Origin: a virus
Taxonomy: Duplodnaviria > Caudoviricetes
Strand: one strand, 5' to 3'
IMG/VR virus record: IMGVR_UViG_3300036987_000019
Span: 1 to 46,821 of that record
DNA length: 46,821 bases
In this document: piece after piece, positions 42,590-46,821 of the stretch
How the letters are laid out: each line of letters begins with the position of its first letter
Position numbering within the stretch: the first letter of the stretch is position 1
The notes under the pieces: model-generated
What the model saw: the letters and a program-made list of their open reading frames with translations, nothing else
Told to the model about the DNA's origin: nothing
Databases searched by the model: none
Made by a program: the position numbers and the translations under genes

Positions 42590-45558
42590 AGGCGCTCGAA
42601 TACATCGAGATCGACATTCCTGTTTGTAGTTTGATCTACGGGACAGCACCTTGCACGGCCTCGATCCCAACGACAGGCGCGATCAAGTGCTTCAACACAC
42701 GAGCCACCTGTCAGGATAGAGACAATCTGACCGAGGCTGACGTTACGCTGCGGTTTGCAAAGCCGACTTCATACCTTCCGAAAGAAATCGACTGCATCCC
42801 GAATGTGCAGGAAACGTCTTTCACGCCCGCAACAATCTCGCTCGGTGAAAATCTCGGAACGCGCGCAACGCTCAGCGCGACGTTTTTCGACGAGCCTCAT
42901 TCCGATACGGGCGAAGGCTTCGACAAGTACCTTGCAGACCGCGACTATAATCCGTGGGAGCAGGGGACGTTCTGGGGAAAATTCCGCGCCCGTCAGCCGT
43001 TCCTGCGGGGCTGCAATATCAGACTGATTAGAGGCCTTAAGGGTCAAGCCCTTGAGGAAATGGAAACCCGGCATTTCATCATCGAGAGTTTCGACGGACC
43101 GACGCCTGACGGAAAATATACGCTCGTTGCAAAGGATGTTCTGAAGCTCATCGACGGTGACCGCGCACTTGCTCCAGCCGTCAGCACCGGGTTTCTGGTT
43201 TCGGCGATCACGAGCAGCGCTACGGCTGCAACACTCTCGCCCGCAGGAGTCGGAGACGCAGAATACCCTTTAGAAGGCTATCTCGCGATAGGTGGGAAGG
43301 AGATCGTTTCATTTACGCGCGGTCAGCCAGACCCAGCAGGTGAGAACGACGAAGCCACTAAAATCCTGCTTCATTTTGATGGCGCGGACGGCAGCGCTGT
43401 TATAGTCGATTCCGCGCAAGGTGCGACTTCACCCGCTCACTCATGGCTGGCGGTAGGTGCTGCTCTAAGCACTATCGACAAGCAATTCGGGACTGCGTCA
43501 CTAAAGACAGTATCCGGCTATATCACCGCTTCCGCGCATGTTGATTATCGGCTTGGTGTGCTGCCGTGGTGCATTGAATTTTTCCTCAATTGCAACGGAA
43601 CATCGGGCCAGGTGGCCCTTGCCGGCCAGATTGGCGGCGGCCTTGGCGGGTCAGGAAACACCTCATTTTATATTCTGAGGACGACGGCAAATAAGATCGC
43701 CCTGACTGTGTCAGACGGAAGTTCATTCACCTCCGTCACCGGAACAACATCAGTCAACGACACAACAAGGCGTCATATTTCATGTAAGCGCGTCGGTAAC
43801 GTACTTCGGCTTTATGTCAATGGAGTGCAAGAAGGCGGCGACGTTGCCTTCACTGGGTCAATCCCTAATAGCACGGCAAACTTCTCCATTGGACGCGCGG
43901 GAGATTATACGGGATTTGCCGCCGCCTCTGTCTATATCGATGAATTTAGGCTGTCGGTAGGTTCATCACGGAACAACTCGGTGCCGTCAGCGGCGTATTC
44001 TGCGAACACACCACCAATCTCCACGGGCAACGCGATTACGATCACTGCTCGCGGGCTTTTTAATACAGTGGCAGTTCCAGCCAGCGCGCAGGACAGAGTC
44101 CAACTCGTTCTTCCGTATACTTCTGATGATCCATCAGTAATCATCTACGATCTGATGGTGAACTACGCCGACGTCCCGGCCGGATTTATCAATCTCTCCG
44201 ATTGGCAGGCCGAAACCGCTACGTTCCTTGGGCGTCTCTACAGCGCTATTATTTGTGAGCCTACGTCAGTCGCGACGCTTGTTTCGGAGTTGATCCAGCA
44301 GGCCGGGCTTTGCATCTGGTGGGATGACATCGCGCGAAAGGTGCGGCTCCAGGTCTTGCGCGGAATCGTGACGGACGCTGCGAGGTTCACGCCCGACAAT
44401 TACATCTCGCTATCGACCAAAGAGCAGCCGGACAAACGTATCTCACAAGTCCTGACCTATTTCGGACAGATCAATCCGCTCAAAAATATCTCCGATCTCG
44501 ACAACTATCGTTCTTCGTCGCTGGTTAAAGACGTCGAAGCGGAAAGCGATTATGGCGGAGCTGTCATCAAGAAAATTCTCTCCCGCTGGATTCCCGGCGT
44601 CGGCGGCCGAACGGTCGCGGATCGTCTCGGCACGATCCTGCTTTCAAGATACCGCGACCCGCCCCGGAGACTGACATTCGATCTTGGTCGCTATGCGGGG
44701 ACGGACGTTTCCCTCGGTGGTGGTTATCGCGTTTCGGCGCATTGTTTTCAGGATGAGACCGGGGCGCTCGTTGATGTTCCTGTCCAAGTCACGCGACTGA
44801 ATCCTCCAGCAGATCGGTTCAAGGTCGAAGCTGAGGAAGTTCTATTTGCGTCTTCAAACGACGATCCAAACTTCCATCCGATCGTCATCGACGCGAACAC
44901 AACGAACGTCAATTTGCGGGCGGTGCACGATTCGATCTACGGGACGCCGAATGCAGATACGGTTGTCGAGTGCAGAATTCTCGCGGGCGTTAAGGTCACA
45001 TCCGCTAGCCGATTACTCCCGTCATTCGATGTGGGGTCGTGGCCCGCCGGCGTAACGATCACTCTCATTGTCGAGGGTGATCTACGGGCGGCAGGCGGCA
45101 ATGGCGGCCAGTGCTACTACCCCGGCCTCGGAGCAGGGCAACCCGGCACGCCGGGTGGCACCGCGCTCTACACGCGCCAAGCCATCAATCTTAGGCTTCC
45201 GGCAGGCAGCAAGCTTTGGGGCGGCGGTGGCGGAGGCGGTGGCGGCGGCGCGAACGATCTCGGTAAATATGCCGGTGGCGGTGGTGGCGGTGCGGGCGAC
45301 ATCCCGGGTATAGGCGGCGGTGGTGCGTACTATCCGGGAGCCACCGGCACAGACACGACGGGCGGCGCTGGAAGCCCCGGCGAGCCCGCAACCCTGCAGG
45401 GCGGAAACGGCGGCGGCCCCGGTTTAGCCGGCGCCACTGGTCCGGGATCGACGGCTCCGGGCGGCGCGGGCGGCGCGGCAGGCGCTGCAATCGACGGCGT
45501 CAGTCACGTCACCATCACCGTTACAGGCGGGGATTCCCGCGGTTCTCTGATCAATTAG
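42586..45558 (+). CDS. Tail tip/hub protein with inserted LamG-like domain and glycine-rich C-terminus
   Basis: N-terminal C..IYG..PC.A...KCFNT..TC; internal LLHFDGADGS...LYVNG...IDEFRLS lectin-like domain; Gly-rich tail. Confidence 0.8.
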   Translation: MKALEYIEIDIPVCSLIYGTAPCTASIPTTGAIKCFNTRATCQDRDNLTEADVTLRFAKPTSYLPKEIDCIPNVQETSFTPATISLGENLGTRATLSATFFDEPHSDTGEGFDKYLADRDYNPWEQGTFWGKFRARQPFLRGCNIRLIRGLKGQALEEMETRHFIIESFDGPTPDGKYTLVAKDVLKLIDGDRALAPAVSTGFLVSAITSSATAATLSPAGVGDAEYPLEGYLAIGGKEIVSFTRGQPDPAGENDEATKILLHFDGADGSAVIVDSAQGATSPAHSWLAVGAALSTIDKQFGTASLKTVSGYITASAHVDYRLGVLPWCIEFFLNCNGTSGQVALAGQIGGGLGGSGNTSFYILRTTANKIALTVSDGSSFTSVTGTTSVNDTTRRHISCKRVGNVLRLYVNGVQEGGDVAFTGSIPNSTANFSIGRAGDYTGFAAASVYIDEFRLSVGSSRNNSVPSAAYSANTPPISTGNAITITARGLFNTVAVPASAQDRVQLVLPYTSDDPSVIIYDLMVNYADVPAGFINLSDWQAETATFLGRLYSAIICEPTSVATLVSELIQQAGLCIWWDDIARKVRLQVLRGIVTDAARFTPDNYISLSTKEQPDKRISQVLTYFGQINPLKNISDLDNYRSSSLVKDVEAESDYGGAVIKKILSRWIPGVGGRTVADRLGTILLSRYRDPPRRLTFDLGRYAGTDVSLGGGYRVSAHCFQDETGALVDVPVQVTRLNPPADRFKVEAEEVLFASSNDDPNFHPIVIDANTTNVNLRAVHDSIYGTPNADTVVECRILAGVKVTSASRLLPSFDVGSWPAGVTITLIVEGDLRAAGGNGGQCYYPGLGAGQPGTPGGTALYTRQAINLRLPAGSKLWGGGGGGGGGGANDLGKYAGGGGGGAGDIPGIGGGGAYYPGATGTDTTGGAGSPGEPATLQGGNGGGPGLAGATGPGSTAPGGAGGAAGAAIDGVSHVTITVTGGDSRGSLIN

Positions 45559-45572
45559 AACGGAAATTCAGA

Positions 45573-46178
45573 ATGGTTCTCGCTGTTCACCACATCCAAG
45601 TGCAGGATTCTGAGGGCAACGTGGTGTCAGGCGCGCACGTCGAAGTTCGCCGCGAAGTGCCAGGCCAGCCGCTGGCAGCGCTGAAGTCGGATCGAGATGG
45701 CATTACTCCGCTCAGCAACCCATTCGATGTGAATAGTGTCGGTTACGGTGAGTTCTACGTGGCGGGCGGCTCCTATCAGGTCCGGGTGTACACCGGCCCG
45801 AGCGGCGCCCCGACCTTTGAGGCTCCGATCCGGCACAATGTCGCAATCGGGTTGCTGGCCGAAAGTGATTCAGCCGGATCGCGCGTGCCGCTGACTGTTA
45901 CAGAAGCCGGCGATGTCACTGCCGCCGTGGGGGTTGATGATTACTTCATTGAGAAGACTGTCGGGGCGGCTACAAACTTCTATCTCCCGAGCGCCGCGAG
46001 CCGCACAACGCCCATTCGCATCATCGATTCAAAGGGCGATGCGAACACGAACAACATCACCGTGATCCCTGTATCCGGAGAAACGATCTTCGCCATCGCT
46101 GACTACCATCACATCATTGATGGGAACGGCGGTCAGGTCACCTTGACGCCGCGTCCCGACGGGACCGGCTGGGTCTAA
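45573..46178 (+). CDS. Tail-associated protein (no signal peptide)
   Basis: QVQD..GNVVSGAHVEVRRE...LSNPF...G.GEFYV.GG.Y, then a C-terminal LP...I.D.KG.A..NNITV...ETI domain. Confidence 0.7.
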   Translation: MVLAVHHIQVQDSEGNVVSGAHVEVRREVPGQPLAALKSDRDGITPLSNPFDVNSVGYGEFYVAGGSYQVRVYTGPSGAPTFEAPIRHNVAIGLLAESDSAGSRVPLTVTEAGDVTAAVGVDDYFIEKTVGAATNFYLPSAASRTTPIRIIDSKGDANTNNITVIPVSGETIFAIADYHHIIDGNGGQVTLTPRPDGTGWV

Positions 46179-46202
46179 TACCGCCAACAAATTGGATCGA
46201 AC

Positions 46203-46821
46203 ATGAAGCATCTTCGCAGCATCTTTGCCGCAACACTTGCGCTTGCGCTGTCAGTGGGCATCGCATTCGGACAGAGTGGGCAGGGAAGTTCACCGCTTAC
46301 CGGAGCAAAGGGCGGCACGAACAACGGGTTCATGCAGTTCACCGGACCGGCTTCGTCGCTGAAGACCTACACGCTCCCGAATGCCTCTGACGCGATTGCG
46401 ACCCTCGCCGCGATCCAGACGGTAACTGGTGCGAAAACCTTCGCGAGCGCGAAACTATTACTGGCTGGTTCGTCTTCTGGCGCAGGCACGCTAAACGCAC
46501 CCGCCGCCGCGTCAACCTACGTTTGGACGCTCCCCGCCGCGACGGACACCCTCATCGGCAAGGCTACGACCGACACGCTAACGAATAAGACTTTCGACAC
46601 TGCCGGCACAGGCAACTCGTTTTCGATCAATGGCCTCGCGGCAACGTCGAACACGGGTACAGGCGCCGTCGTCCGAGCCACGTCGCCGACGCTGGTTACT
46701 CCAGCGCTGGGGACGCCTACGTCCGGCGTCCTGACCAACGCAACAGGCTTGCCGATCAGCACGGGTGTATCGGGGCTTGGCACGGGCGTGGCAACAGCTC
46801 TCGCGACGCCTTCAAGCGCGA
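46203..46821 (+). CDS. 5' part of the signal-peptide-bearing tail-fibre-like protein (continues at 1-1115)
   Basis: MKHLRSIFAATLALALSVGIAFGQ...TLTNKT...ATSPTLVTPALGTP; no stop before the window end and in frame across the overlap. Confidence 0.85.
   Translation, partial: MKHLRSIFAATLALALSVGIAFGQSGQGSSPLTGAKGGTNNGFMQFTGPASSLKTYTLPNASDAIATLAAIQTVTGAKTFASAKLLLAGSSSGAGTLNAPAAASTYVWTLPAATDTLIGKATTDTLTNKTFDTAGTGNSFSINGLAATSNTGTGAVVRATSPTLVTPALGTPTSGVLTNATGLPISTGVSGLGTGVATALATPSSA
46777..46821. repeat. Terminal direct repeat, right copy
   Basis: Identical to 1-45. Confidence 0.95.

Overview
This window appears to be a complete, circularly permuted ~46.8 kb temperate siphovirus genome. The first 45 nt are identical to the last 45 nt, and one tail-fibre ORF runs in frame across the junction. 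The host is probably an Alphaproteobacterium (Rhizobiales/Bradyrhizobium-like), inferred from a GapR/DUF2312 gene, an alpha-type LexA box and a CtrA box. The layout is lambdoid. It has a tail-fibre cluster and a minus-strand GNAT/FemAB-like moron (46203-3435 across the junction), a lysis cassette (GH19 endolysin, holin, spanin-like pair), a putative attP region, tyrosine integrase and excisionase, and a long leftward early operon of small hypothetical genes. These are followed by a cI/cro switch with CTAC-N7-GTAG operators, a rightward replication operon (DnaA C-terminal domain, beta clamp, C5 methylase, GapR, DUF1376 initiator with iterons, MmcB) and a NusG-family antiterminator. The late region holds an HNH/terminase/portal/protease/HK97 capsid module and a non-contractile tail. 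The most unusual feature is three consecutive tail-fibre/virion-type genes that each start with a textbook Sec signal peptide, two of them with paired cysteines, suggesting exported or periplasm-folded receptor-binding proteins. Also notable are a glycosyltransferase inserted right behind the major capsid gene, a multi-branched structured RNA in the late leader behind the NusG paralog, a LexA+CtrA-marked mini-operon beside attP, a five-hairpin sRNA candidate and a fully nested antisense zinc-ribbon gene. All family assignments come from motif recognition by eye; no database searches were run.
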